DNA of 64,000 bases from contig CAYHHA010000001.1 of NCBI GenBank assembly GCA_964356315.1, positions 51,299 through 115,298 on the forward strand, read 5' to 3'. The position numbers were made by a program, and so were the translations under genes. Source of the stretch: an uncultured Gammaproteobacteria bacterium (GTDB lineage: Bacteria; Patescibacteriota; Microgenomatia; UBA10105; UBA927). The notes beneath the pieces are model-generated. The model worked only from the letters and a program-made list of their open reading frames with translations, did no database searches and was not told the DNA's origin. Of the stretch, positions 39,587 to 48,503 are shown piece after piece (the stretch's first letter is position 1; every line of letters starts with the position of its first letter).

Positions 39587-39969
39587 GGTGATTGCAAGAT
39601 ATTAAATTTTGTTATGGTGTCTGTTGTCCCCGTGAATGATCCAATCACCCGGAGGATCAGATATGCGCTCACAATGACGACGAGTCCGATAATGGCATTG
39701 GTTAACGTTCCCTTGGCTTGTTCGAGCTTTTTTTGATCTCCTTGGGAAAAAAGAAACGAAAACCCACTAACGATGAACATGAGAAATAATGCTACAGCCC
39801 CAAGGGAAATGGCTGTTTTCACAAAATTTCGAAACAAATTTTCGAGCGACCCGATGGTTGCGACATCTGTTCCTTCGTATGTAGTTAGGGTTTCAGCTAT
39901 GGCATAGGGAGCAAGTCGTAGAGACATAATCCCGAGGGCTATATAGCTTGCAATTCTCTTTGCAGTCAT
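39583..39969 (-). CDS. TrbC/VirB2-like T4SS pilin paralog 1
   Basis: Signal/TM, then FSQGDQKKLEQAKGTLTNAIIGLVVIVSAYLIL: the shared pilin motif (x-GD-x-K-x3-A-x3-I-x2-A-x-IGL + second TM). Confidence 0.6.
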   Translation of the reverse strand: MTAKRIASYIALGIMSLRLAPYAIAETLTTYEGTDVATIGSLENLFRNFVKTAISLGAVALFLMFIVSGFSFLFSQGDQKKLEQAKGTLTNAIIGLVVIVSAYLILRVIGSFTGTTDTITKFNILQSP

Positions 39970-40092
39970 AGGTATATTGTAGCACGTACACTCTGGGATT
40001 ATGAATAATGAGCTGAAACTATTTAGGAATACTTACGTACACATCATGATATTTCCATGATTCATTCTTCATGATTCCCGATTCAGATTGTT

Positions 40093-40422
40093 TTAATAAG
40101 GCTTTGGGAAGTTTACTGCTCCACCGATGATGGTGACACCCAGGAAGTTCTGGATAAGGAGCATGACCGCCCATGCTGCGCCGACGATGATAAGTCCGAC
40201 GATGGCATGCGTGATTTTATTTCGGGCCGCTTCCATGCCTGCTTTGTCTCCACCTGAGGTGATCCATTGGATTCCTCCGAGTATGAGAAAGAAAAACGCA
40301 AGAAGTGCTGCGATAATAAGGAGTGTGCCAACGAGTGCACTAATAAGCTGGCCTATGTCGTTTATTTTCATGTTTGTCGGTTGGCCAATTGTGATTTGTG
40401 GATCTGCTGCAAATACTTTCAT
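40093..40422 (-). CDS. TrbC/VirB2-like T4SS pilin paralog 2
   Basis: ITSGGDKAGMEAARNKITHAIVGLIIVGAAW. Confidence 0.6.
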   Translation of the reverse strand: MKVFAADPQITIGQPTNMKINDIGQLISALVGTLLIIAALLAFFFLILGGIQWITSGGDKAGMEAARNKITHAIVGLIIVGAAWAVMLLIQNFLGVTIIGGAVNFPKPY

Positions 40423-40501
40423 ACGTTCCTCCTATTTTATATATCTATATTATATCCTATTTCTTATTGTTGCGCAAAAAGATAGAGACTGTCAATGCCA
40501 T

Positions 40502-40849
40502 TTATCGTCCAACCGTTGGAATTTGGAGGCTTTTGAGATCGAGACCGAAGAAGCCAGCGACCAACGTTGTCAGTGCAAACGAAGCGCCTACAATGATGAT
40601 ACCGATAATTGCATTAGTGATATTGTCTCGTGCCGCCTCTAGCTTCGTCTTATCTCCTCCAGCGCTAATCCATGATATGCCACCTGTAATCAGGTAAACG
40701 AATGCCAATAAAAATCCTGCAATAAATAGTGCTCCAACAAGACTGCTGATAAGTGACCCCAATGCTTTTCCGCCCTCTTGATAATTCCCGCCACCAATAG
40801 CGCGGGGGAGGATAGGGTTGGTAAGTGCTGCAAGAAATTTTTGGTGCAT
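40502..40849 (-). CDS. TrbC/VirB2-like T4SS pilin paralog 3
   Basis: ISAGGDKTKLEAARDNITNAIIGIIIVGASF. Confidence 0.6.
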   Translation of the reverse strand: MHQKFLAALTNPILPRAIGGGNYQEGGKALGSLISSLVGALFIAGFLLAFVYLITGGISWISAGGDKTKLEAARDNITNAIIGIIIVGASFALTTLVAGFFGLDLKSLQIPTVGR

Positions 40850-40850
40850 A

Positions 40851-41240
40851 TTATTTTAATTTGAATAATTCGTTTGTCGCCGGTCCTAACAATATATCGT
40901 ATCCGAAAAATTGTCCCGCCACAGCCAAAAGGCTCCATGATCCGATGACAATGACAAGGCCGACAAACGCATGAGTGATGCGGTCTCTGGCTGATGCAAT
41001 TTTTTTGGCATCTCCTCCAGCGCTGATCCACTCGTATCCTGCGAACAACAGCATGAATAAAAACCAAATGCTGGCAAATACGGTCAGCATGCCAACGATA
41101 TCGCTCACGTAATTTGTAATCGTTTCGACAGGATTGCTTATCGCTTTTCCCGCGAATGGTCCCAGTTCTCCGCCGTTTCCCTCTCCGATTGTTCCCAGAG
41201 ATTGTCCTAACGCTACTGATTTAGCAAGAAGTGTTGTCAT
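40851..41240 (-). CDS. TrbC/VirB2-like T4SS pilin paralog 4
   Basis: ISAGGDAKKIASARDRITHAFVGLVIVIGSW. Confidence 0.6.
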   Translation of the reverse strand: MTTLLAKSVALGQSLGTIGEGNGGELGPFAGKAISNPVETITNYVSDIVGMLTVFASIWFLFMLLFAGYEWISAGGDAKKIASARDRITHAFVGLVIVIGSWSLLAVAGQFFGYDILLGPATNELFKLK

Positions 41241-41241
41241 A

Positions 41242-41607
41242 TTAGTTTGGACCGTATATTGACGGGCTTAGGATGGCGCTTGGGCTACCAAAGAATACTT
41301 GACCCATCAGAGCGGCGATTGCAAAAGACCCCACAATCAACACAAGTCCGAGAAGTGATTGGTAGATCCTGTCCCATGCCGCGGATACTGACTTAGAATC
41401 ACCACCAGCGTTCATATACTGGAATCCTGCAATGATAAAGTTGAAAAACGCAAAAATCCCCGCAACCACAAACACCAGTCTTAAAATATTACTGAGAAAT
41501 AGGATAAGCCCGCCCCCTGCGCCTGCTGCTCCAATAATATTTTTATATTGTGCCGGTAGCGGGTTTGTGACCGTTCCGATAATATCGTCTGCGTAAACTT
41601 TAAACAT
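41242..41607 (-). CDS. TrbC/VirB2-like T4SS pilin paralog 5 (start set at internal Met to avoid overlap)
   Basis: MNAGGDSKSVSAAWDRIYQSLLGLVLIVGSF; the ORF-track N-terminal 30 aa overlap the next gene. Confidence 0.5.
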   Translation of the reverse strand: MFKVYADDIIGTVTNPLPAQYKNIIGAAGAGGGLILFLSNILRLVFVVAGIFAFFNFIIAGFQYMNAGGDSKSVSAAWDRIYQSLLGLVLIVGSFAIAALMGQVFFGSPSAILSPSIYGPN

Positions 41608-41618
41608 ATAATTAGCAT

Positions 41619-41954
41619 CTACCTCGGTAAAATACAAAGTGTATTTACACAATCTCCCTTTAAACCTGTTAGGGTCTCTATAATCTGAATGATCCAAAAC
41701 GATCCGAGTACAACGATAAGACCTATGACTGCGCCGGTAATTGCCTTTTTCCCCGACTCCATTTTTTTCGTATCTCCGGATCCTGCAGCTTGTATCATAC
41801 CAAATCCAGCGAAAACTAACAAAAGAAACGCGATAACACCTGCGAGCATAAAAGCATTTGGCACGATCACCGACACCAAATCACCTAGGTTGGTAAACTT
41901 TGTTATAGAGGGAAATTCAGTTCCAATATTCACAGCTGCAAATACGCGTTCCAT
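41619..41954 (-). CDS. TrbC/VirB2-like T4SS pilin paralog 6
   Basis: IQAAGSGDTKKMESGKKAITGAVIGLIVVLGSF. Confidence 0.55.
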   Translation of the reverse strand: MERVFAAVNIGTEFPSITKFTNLGDLVSVIVPNAFMLAGVIAFLLLVFAGFGMIQAAGSGDTKKMESGKKAITGAVIGLIVVLGSFWIIQIIETLTGLKGDCVNTLCILPR

Positions 41955-42044
41955 ATATGGTTAGTGTAGGCTAGCAGGGCTTGGCGTGTCAATTCGAAAA
42001 TTTGTCGGTAGTGGCGCAAATATGGTATAGTTTCCCCATATTCT

Positions 42045-42596
42045 ATGACGGACTATGTGAACGATCGTCAGTTGATAGCAAAAATTCTCTCACGGGATAG
42101 GCATGCCTTGGCGTATTTTTATAAACGGTACACACCAAAGCTCATGTCGTATATCCATGCAAAGGTGCACAATCCTGCAGATGGGGAGGAGATACTACAA
42201 GATACATTGTTTGCGTTTCTTGAAGCACTTCGAGATTTCCATGGATCATCCAGTATCTCTACATTTCTCTATGCTATTTGTCATCATAAAATAATCGATT
42301 TTTATCGTCGGAAAAAACTAAAGCAATTGGTATTTTCTCAGATGCCAAACTTAGAAGTCCTTATATCACCGTCTAAAAACCCTGAAGAAGAATTGGATGT
42401 TGTGCTTCTAAAAGAAAAAATTCAAACGGTGTTTGGGAAGATTATGCCTCATTATCGGACGCTTTTGATGTCAAAATATATCGAAAATTTATCTGTTTCA
42501 GACATAGCAGAGAAATTTGCGCTGTCTATGAAGGGTGCCGAGTCCCAGTTATTTCGTGCCAGAAAAGCATTCGTAGAATTATTTGTATCTATATAA
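42045..42596 (+). CDS. ECF-type RNA polymerase sigma-70 factor
   Basis: Region 2 (YFYKRYTPKLMSYI...DGEEILQDTLFAFL) and region 4 HTH (LSVSDIAEKFALSMKGAESQLFRARK). Confidence 0.75.
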   Translation: MTDYVNDRQLIAKILSRDRHALAYFYKRYTPKLMSYIHAKVHNPADGEEILQDTLFAFLEALRDFHGSSSISTFLYAICHHKIIDFYRRKKLKQLVFSQMPNLEVLISPSKNPEEELDVVLLKEKIQTVFGKIMPHYRTLLMSKYIENLSVSDIAEKFALSMKGAESQLFRARKAFVELFVSI

Positions 42597-42611
42597 TCAA
42601 AAAATACGTCT

Positions 42612-42884
42612 ATGAAAACAATATCAACACCAATTTCCCATCGCACTCAACGCGAAGACCATCAGATGTACCGACGGTTTGTTAAAAGATGGGAAGAGGT
42701 GACAGATTTGCCCGTCCAAACGATGGGCCCATTTACTTCTCTATACAAAATATTAGTAAAACGGCTGAAGGTGATGCCCCTTATCGCGCTGGTAGCCAGC
42801 TCGCTCCTTCTTGTCATTGGTCTGTATGTGCTCTTTGGATCTGCAATCACCGTGCTTACCAGTATTCTTCAAAAAGGATTCTAG
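42612..42884 (+). CDS. Putative membrane-anchored anti-sigma factor
   Basis: Small protein with charged N-terminus and one C-terminal TM, immediately downstream of the ECF sigma gene. Positional inference only. Confidence 0.3.
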   Translation: MKTISTPISHRTQREDHQMYRRFVKRWEEVTDLPVQTMGPFTSLYKILVKRLKVMPLIALVASSLLLVIGLYVLFGSAITVLTSILQKGF

Positions 42885-42957
42885 TCGCCGTAGCTTCCCC
42901 GCATGATTCTTCATTCTTTTCCGACTACTATTTTAGGGCCATGTAGGGCTCCATTTT

Positions 42958-43575
42958 ATGATTACTTATATCAAAAAAGCGTTTGTTAGATTTGGATTGA
43001 ATGTCATTGGTCTTATCCTTAAGCCATACGAAACGTATCGGGCTATAATCGAGCGGTCTGGCTATGAAGAGCTGGGAATTATTGGGCTACTGGTTGCTGT
43101 CTATTTTGCAGTTGCTTCGCTTGTAAAAACATCTCTTTTTCGACCGTTTCTTCTGACTAAGCAATGGATTGTTCTTATGAGTGGAAGCATTCTGACCTTT
43201 ATCGTTTGTGTGAGTTTGTTCTGGTGGGTAGGCTCAATGCTTGGGAGATCTGGAAAACTCAAAGGATTTATTTTAGGGTGGGGGTATTCACTTGTCCCAA
43301 CGATCCTTTGGTTTTGGATGACCTCTATCTTGTATATTATCCTTCCTCCTCCGCGGACAACCGCAAACACTGGGATTATATTTAGCGCATTATATTTATT
43401 GATTTCGTTAACACTTCTGTTTTGGAAAGTAGTAGTATCGTACTTATCTTTGCGGTTTGGGTTGCGATTAGATTTTGGAAAAATACTGATACTTAGTGCC
43501 GTAGTGTTGCCGATCTTGGGCGTCTATAGCGTTCTCATGTATCGTATGGGGGTGTTTAGGATACCGTTTATATAG
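42958..43575 (+). CDS. Hypothetical polytopic membrane protein (Yip1-like topology)
   Basis: Five predicted TM helices; no motif. Confidence 0.3.
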   Translation: MITYIKKAFVRFGLNVIGLILKPYETYRAIIERSGYEELGIIGLLVAVYFAVASLVKTSLFRPFLLTKQWIVLMSGSILTFIVCVSLFWWVGSMLGRSGKLKGFILGWGYSLVPTILWFWMTSILYIILPPPRTTANTGIIFSALYLLISLTLLFWKVVVSYLSLRFGLRLDFGKILILSAVVLPILGVYSVLMYRMGVFRIPFI

Positions 43576-43682
43576 AAATAATCCAATAAACAATAAGTAA
43601 ATAAGGAATAAGGAATAAGGAATAAAAAAATAAGCAGTAAACAATAAGCAAATAAGGAATAACAAATAAACAATAAAGAAGT
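43576..43682. repeat. AATAA-rich degenerate heptamer array including (AATAAGG)x3, immediately upstream of the HMG-CoA reductase start
   Basis: Read directly: ...aaataaggaataaggaataaggaataaaaaaataagcag...aaataaggaataacaaataaacaataaagaagtATG. Confidence 0.8.
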
Positions 43683-44828
43683 ATGAATTTAAGAAATGTA
43701 CAATCGGTTTTGGAGAGGAGAATGCTACTTGAAAAAGAGCTTTCTGTGGATCTGTCGGTTATTGGGTCAAGCGGAATAAATACATCTATCGCTTCATCTA
43801 GACACTGCGAAAATATGATTGGGTACACGCAGATTCCTGTGGGAGTCGCAGGTCCATTGTTAATACAGAGCGAAAAAGGAAAAGACAAAAATTTCTATAT
43901 CCCACTGGCAACCACCGAAGGAGCGCTTGTTGCTTCTGTGAGTCGTGGGTGTAAAGCCATTACTAAGTCAGGGGGCGCGTTTGTGGATTCGTATAAAATC
44001 GGCGCAACAAGAAGCCCTGTTTTTAAGGTGGAAAATATCACTCAAAGCAAACATCTTTTTGAGTTTGTGAACGCCCATGAAGTTGATCTACAAAAGATTG
44101 CTTCCTCGACATCGTCTCACCTAGCTCTTACAAAAACCATGGTAACGGGCGTCGGGAAATATTTGTATCTGCGATTTTCGTTTGATACCCAGGATGCGAT
44201 GGGTATGAATATGGTTACAATCGCAGCAGACCGATTGTCTGTATATATCGAAGAACAAACCGGATTTCCTCTTATTGCCGTTGCCGGAAATATTGACGCT
44301 GATAAAAAACCTGCATGGTCTCATGCTATTTTACACCGGGGGATAGAGGCTTGGGCGGAGTGTACGATATGTGAGGAGGTTCTCCAAAAGGTGCTAAAAA
44401 CTACGGCAAAAAAAATCTATGAAGTCTGGTTGTCCAAATGTATGATCGGAAGCGCGCTGTCAGGATCAATCGGCTTCAATGCGCAGATGGCAAATATTCT
44501 TTCTGGATTGTTTATCGCAACTGGACAGGATCCCGCACATGTCGTTGAGGCAAGTACAGGCATGACCACAGCCGAAATTGTCGAGGGCACAAATGATTTA
44601 TATATAAGCGTTTTTCTTCCTGATCTCATGGTTGGAACGGTCGGTGGGGGAACAGGTCTTCCAACGCAAAAAGAAGCACTTTCTCTTATCGGCGAAACTA
44701 CAAGTCAAGGGTTTGCTCAAGTTGTCGCTGGCGCGGTATTGGCAGGAGAAATTTCCCTGCTTGCATCTCTTTCCGAGGGCACGCTGTCAAAGGCGCACAA
44801 GAGACTGGGAAGGGGAGAGTGCGTATGA
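43683..44828 (+). CDS. hmgA: Hydroxymethylglutaryl-CoA reductase, class I (archaeal/eukaryotic type catalytic domain)
   Basis: EGALVASVSRGCKAI, DAMGMNMVT and GTVGGGT class I signature motifs; 381 aa, no membrane domain. Confidence 0.85.
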   Translation: MNLRNVQSVLERRMLLEKELSVDLSVIGSSGINTSIASSRHCENMIGYTQIPVGVAGPLLIQSEKGKDKNFYIPLATTEGALVASVSRGCKAITKSGGAFVDSYKIGATRSPVFKVENITQSKHLFEFVNAHEVDLQKIASSTSSHLALTKTMVTGVGKYLYLRFSFDTQDAMGMNMVTIAADRLSVYIEEQTGFPLIAVAGNIDADKKPAWSHAILHRGIEAWAECTICEEVLQKVLKTTAKKIYEVWLSKCMIGSALSGSIGFNAQMANILSGLFIATGQDPAHVVEASTGMTTAEIVEGTNDLYISVFLPDLMVGTVGGGTGLPTQKEALSLIGETTSQGFAQVVAGAVLAGEISLLASLSEGTLSKAHKRLGRGECV

Positions 44829-45874
44829 AATCGGTCGGCATTACCTCATATGGGACCTATATCCCAACTTACCGGGTGAAGCTGGATGATATCGCGCGCG
44901 CGTGGGACAAAAATGGCGTTGAAATTCAAGGGTCGCTGGGTATAGCGGAAAAATCCGTTCCCGGCGTTGACGAAGATGCCGTAACCATTGCTCTTGAAGC
45001 CGGGGTAAACAGTCTTTACGGCCACAATGGAAAACCGACTGATATCGGTGTATTGTTTGTTGGAAGTGAGAGCCACCCTTATGCCGTCAACCCTACTTCA
45101 ACGATTGTTGGAGAATTATTAAGCATAGGAACATCGTACCTCGCGGCTGACTTACAATTTGCGTGCAAAGCGGCGACAGCAGGAATGCAGGCTATTGCGG
45201 GACTTGTCGCTTCTGGGCATGTTTCCTATGGCATGGTGATAGGCGCGGACACAGCGCAAAGCAAACCACACGACGCCCTCGAATACACCTCTGCGGCAGC
45301 AGGGGTTTCTTGCATTTTGGGATCAAAAGGGTGCATTGCAAATCTATTGGCATATACGTCGTATTCATCTGATACCCCAGATTTTTGGAGGCGCGATGGA
45401 TTAAAATACCCTTCTCATTCAGGGCGATTTACGGGAGAGCCTGCGTATTTCGCCCATGTCCTTGGCGCATCAAAACAACTTCTCGAGCAAGCGAAATTAA
45501 CACCAAAAGAATTTACGTACTGCGTATTTCATATGCCAAATGGAAAATTCCCACGGGATGTGGCAAGACGGTTAGGGTTTTCAAAAGAACAACTTGCCCC
45601 TTCTCTCACCGTGGATGACATAGGAAACCCATATTCAGCTTCTGCCCTGTTGGGTCTTGCGGCGGTTCTTGATATAGCGCAACCAGGGGATAAAATTTTT
45701 ATGGCTTCTTATGGGTCAGGAGCGGGGAGCGATGCCTTTGTTTGGGAGGTAACACCAGATATGGTAGCGTATAGAGAGGCGACCTCTGCAGTAAAAAAAA
45801 CAGTGAAACAACAAATAGAGCAAAAAGTGTATATCGATTATGTAGGATATTTAAAAAAGACACATAAGATTTAA
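44819..45874 (+). CDS. HMG-CoA synthase, short archaeal-type
   Basis: 351 aa thiolase-fold with SYGSGAGS near the C-terminus and an active-site Cys context (A-C-K-A-A-T); overlaps the hmgA end by 10 nt. Confidence 0.8.
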   Translation: MRMKSVGITSYGTYIPTYRVKLDDIARAWDKNGVEIQGSLGIAEKSVPGVDEDAVTIALEAGVNSLYGHNGKPTDIGVLFVGSESHPYAVNPTSTIVGELLSIGTSYLAADLQFACKAATAGMQAIAGLVASGHVSYGMVIGADTAQSKPHDALEYTSAAAGVSCILGSKGCIANLLAYTSYSSDTPDFWRRDGLKYPSHSGRFTGEPAYFAHVLGASKQLLEQAKLTPKEFTYCVFHMPNGKFPRDVARRLGFSKEQLAPSLTVDDIGNPYSASALLGLAAVLDIAQPGDKIFMASYGSGAGSDAFVWEVTPDMVAYREATSAVKKTVKQQIEQKVYIDYVGYLKKTHKI

Positions 45875-45877
45875 ATG

Positions 45878-45963
45878 TTATTGGTTCAGAGTTCATGGTT
45901 CATGGCAAAAAAAACATGTTGACCACCGGCTATGAACCATTAACCACCAACCATGAACCATTA
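45878..45963. repeat. Inverted heptamer arrays: (TGGTTCA-like)x3, A8-containing spacer, then (ACCATGA/ACCATTA/ACCACCA)x6, ending at the thiolase start
   Basis: Read directly: tggttcagagttcatggttcatgg caaaaaaaacatgttg accaccggctatgaaccattaaccaccaaccatgaaccattaaat ATG. Confidence 0.8.
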
Positions 45964-45966
45964 AAT

Positions 45967-47136
45967 ATGAATATCTATATAACAGGCGTATCGACAACAA
46001 AATTTGGAGAATTATGGGGGGTGTCCCCAAGGGTTTTGGCACGCGAGAGTGTGACCGGTGCACTTTCGGACGCGGGGCTTGAGCCACGCGATGTGGACGC
46101 ATTGTTTGTAGGGAATATGCTCTCTGGCATGCTTGGGGGACAAGAGCATTTGGGGGCATTTTTTGCAGAGGAATTAGGCCTTTCTATCCCCGCATTTAAA
46201 ATAGAAGGCGCATGCGCTTCTGGCGGGCTTGCCGCACACAACGCCGTTAACAGTGTCCTATCAGGACAATACAAAACAGTCGTTGTCTTAGGTGTAGAAA
46301 AAATGACCGACCATAAGCCAGAAGATGTCGCAACAGCACTAATGGGCGCAGGAAGCGAAGCCGAACGATTGTCCGGCATAACATTCCCAGGATTGTATGC
46401 AATGCTCGCTGGAGCGCACATGAGAGCGTTTGGGACTACTAGGGCGCAAATGGCGTCGGTTGCCGTGAAAAATCATTTTCACGCATTGGCAAATCCTAAT
46501 GCGCAGTTTCATAGCGCAATTACTGTGGAGCAGGTTCTTCGAAGCTCTTGTATTGCAGACCCATTAACACTTTTGGATTGTTCGCCAATATCTGATGGAG
46601 CGTCGGCGGTTGTTATATCCAGTAGTAAGGGGAATGGAAAAAGTAGTAAGGATTCTATTGAAATTCTTGCAAGTGTTGCGGCCACTGATACGCTGTCTCT
46701 GGCTCAGAGAGAAAGTCTTGTTGAGCTTAAGGCTACTCGAGTGGCAAGCAAAAAAGCATATGAAATTGCCGGAATTACTCCACCTGAAATCGATATCGCT
46801 GAAGTGCATGATTGTTTTACTATTGCAGAAATTCTCGCGATGGAAGATTTGGGGTTATACGAAAAAGGGATGGCCTCGGTATCGATTGAGAACGGCGAAA
46901 CAACACTTGGATCATCAAAACGTGTCGTAGTAAATACATCAGGAGGTCTAAAAGGATGCGGGCATCCGGTTGGTGCCACAGGGGTAAAGCAACTCGTGGA
47001 GATCGTCGAACAGCTACGTGGCTCTTGTGGAAAGAGACAAGTGGATGGTGCTCGTGTTGGGCTCACTCATAATGTGGGAGGAAGCGGGGCGACGGCAGTG
47101 GTGCACATACTTATGAATAATTCAATAAACAAATAA
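45967..47136 (+). CDS. Archaeal-type acetyl-CoA C-acetyltransferase (thiolase)
   Basis: 390 aa; MNIYITGVSTTKFGEL N-terminus and GACASGG active-site Cys region typical of archaeal/SCP2-type thiolases. The ORF-track N-terminal 24 aa are repeat-derived. Confidence 0.8.
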   Translation: MNIYITGVSTTKFGELWGVSPRVLARESVTGALSDAGLEPRDVDALFVGNMLSGMLGGQEHLGAFFAEELGLSIPAFKIEGACASGGLAAHNAVNSVLSGQYKTVVVLGVEKMTDHKPEDVATALMGAGSEAERLSGITFPGLYAMLAGAHMRAFGTTRAQMASVAVKNHFHALANPNAQFHSAITVEQVLRSSCIADPLTLLDCSPISDGASAVVISSSKGNGKSSKDSIEILASVAATDTLSLAQRESLVELKATRVASKKAYEIAGITPPEIDIAEVHDCFTIAEILAMEDLGLYEKGMASVSIENGETTLGSSKRVVVNTSGGLKGCGHPVGATGVKQLVEIVEQLRGSCGKRQVDGARVGLTHNVGGSGATAVVHILMNNSINK

Positions 47137-47196
47137 TCCAATAATCCAATGATAAATATATTAGAATATTAGTTTATTGGAATATTGGAGTATTAT
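47132..47196. repeat. AATAATCC direct repeats and inverted ATTGGAAT/ATTGGAGT partner flanking the RBS of the downstream gene
   Basis: aataatccaataatccaat at 47132-47150 versus attggaatattgga at 47176-47189; GGAG RBS at 47187-47190. Confidence 0.5.
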
Positions 47197-47197
47197 T

Positions 47198-47497
47198 ATG
47201 ATCAGTCCAGTAAAAGTGTGGAGAAACCAAAAATATGTTGCTAGAATGATCGGGAAAACCGGGGTTATTGTCGCGGTGACTATTATTCGGGTTCCTCCCG
47301 CAAATTTTGGGCATCAAGCGCCGTATGCTGTCGCTATCGTTTCTTTGGATGGTGGAGAATCCGTTTGCTCTCAGGTGGTTGATTGTTCTCTTTCGGATGT
47401 ATGTGTTGGAAAGAGGGTGGTGACGGTTGTGCGCAAAACCATCCAATCTGAAGTAGATGATGTTATCCCATACGGCATTAAAGTAAAGCTCGCGTAG
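47198..47497 (+). CDS. DUF35-like OB-fold protein (thiolase/HMG-CoA-synthase scaffold partner), lacking an N-terminal Zn-ribbon
   Basis: About 99 aa, beta-rich (VIVAVTIIRVPP...YAVAIVSLDGGESVCSQVVD...GKRVVTVVRK). Position immediately after the thiolase matches the archaeal thiolase/HMGCS/DUF35 gene triad. No CxxC pairs are present. Confidence 0.45.
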   Translation: MISPVKVWRNQKYVARMIGKTGVIVAVTIIRVPPANFGHQAPYAVAIVSLDGGESVCSQVVDCSLSDVCVGKRVVTVVRKTIQSEVDDVIPYGIKVKLA

Positions 47498-47502
47498 AAG
47501 TG

Positions 47503-47545
47503 GAGCTTCGTAGCTTAGAACTTAGAACTTAGAACTAAGCAGCCT
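47503..47545. repeat. (TAGAACT/GAACTTA)x3-4 heptamer array upstream of the mevalonate kinase gene
   Basis: agcttcgtagcttagaacttagaacttagaactaagcagcctaagc. Confidence 0.75.
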
Positions 47546-47558
47546 AAGCATACTAATT

Positions 47559-48503
47559 ATGGTAACCGTTTCTGTTCCAGGAAAAATTCATTTAATGGGT
47601 GAGCATGCCGTTGTCTACGGATATCCCGCTATACTTTCTGCAATAAATCTGCGTCTGCGGGTTTCGATATCCGAAGACTTAGAGGGGGAGGGAGTACGAG
47701 TACTTTCCCATGACCTTACCTCTCACGCGCAGTATGCCGCTGACTTTATGCTCAAATCTCTGCATATTGCGTCACCGGTTCCCTCAAAGATATCTATCGA
47801 ATCAGATATTCCGTCTGGGTATCATTTGGGATCTTCCGCCGCGATGGCAGTTGGTGTTACTGGAGCGATGATGTATTTTTATAAAAAAATTTGGAATCCA
47901 ATAAAAATAAATGAACTTGCCTATGAGATCGAAAAACAGCAACATGGAAATCCTTCTGGGGGAGACAATACCACCGTTACCATGGGGGGATTTATTTGGT
48001 ATCGCAAGGAACTTGAGTTTCTCAAAAGTATTTGGCAATTACCGTTTAAACCACATGCATCACTGCGACATTTTTTTCTCATAAACACAGGGAAACCCAA
48101 AGAATCCACCAAGGTGATGGTCGAACATGTCAGCGCTCTTGTATCCAAAGACCCATCCACATACGAGCATATTTTTCACGAAAATGAAATCCAGGTGAGA
48201 CGAATGACTGCAGCGCTAAAAAACGGGAGCAAGGATGAGGTGATCCACGCAATGCAAAAAGGAGAGTGCACACTAGAGCAGATGGGGGTAGTGAGCGAAT
48301 TCGTGCGTCCTAGTATTCGGGAGATCGAAAAGAATGGGGGAGCCGTGAAAATATTAGGCGGGGGAGGGGTAAAAAAACAGGTTGGATTCATGTTGTGCTA
48401 TCACGAAGATCCGCAACTCGTCGAAGCGCTTATTAGACCATATAATTTTTCGCTCCAGAAGATTTCTCTTGGAGAAGAAGGGGTACGGCTAGATGAAAAA
48501 TAA
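47559..48503 (+). CDS. mvk: Mevalonate kinase (GHMP family)
   Basis: PGKIHLMGEHAVVYG N-terminal motif; PSGYHLGSSAAMAV GHMP ATP-binding motif. Confidence 0.8.
   Translation: MVTVSVPGKIHLMGEHAVVYGYPAILSAINLRLRVSISEDLEGEGVRVLSHDLTSHAQYAADFMLKSLHIASPVPSKISIESDIPSGYHLGSSAAMAVGVTGAMMYFYKKIWNPIKINELAYEIEKQQHGNPSGGDNTTVTMGGFIWYRKELEFLKSIWQLPFKPHASLRHFFLINTGKPKESTKVMVEHVSALVSKDPSTYEHIFHENEIQVRRMTAALKNGSKDEVIHAMQKGECTLEQMGVVSEFVRPSIREIEKNGGAVKILGGGGVKKQVGFMLCYHEDPQLVEALIRPYNFSLQKISLGEEGVRLDEK

Noticed and set aside
22467-41954. Integrative conjugative element
   Set aside because: No integrase, relaxase, att repeats or oriT-like nick site visible; locus adjacent to oriC. Treated as a chromosomal T4SS/pilus system.
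43568-43888. 106-aa minus-strand ORF (…LFVIPYLLIVYCLFFYSLFLIPYLLIVY…)
   Set aside because: Low-complexity translation of the AATAAGG array and the opposite strand of the hmgA 5' end; not a gene.
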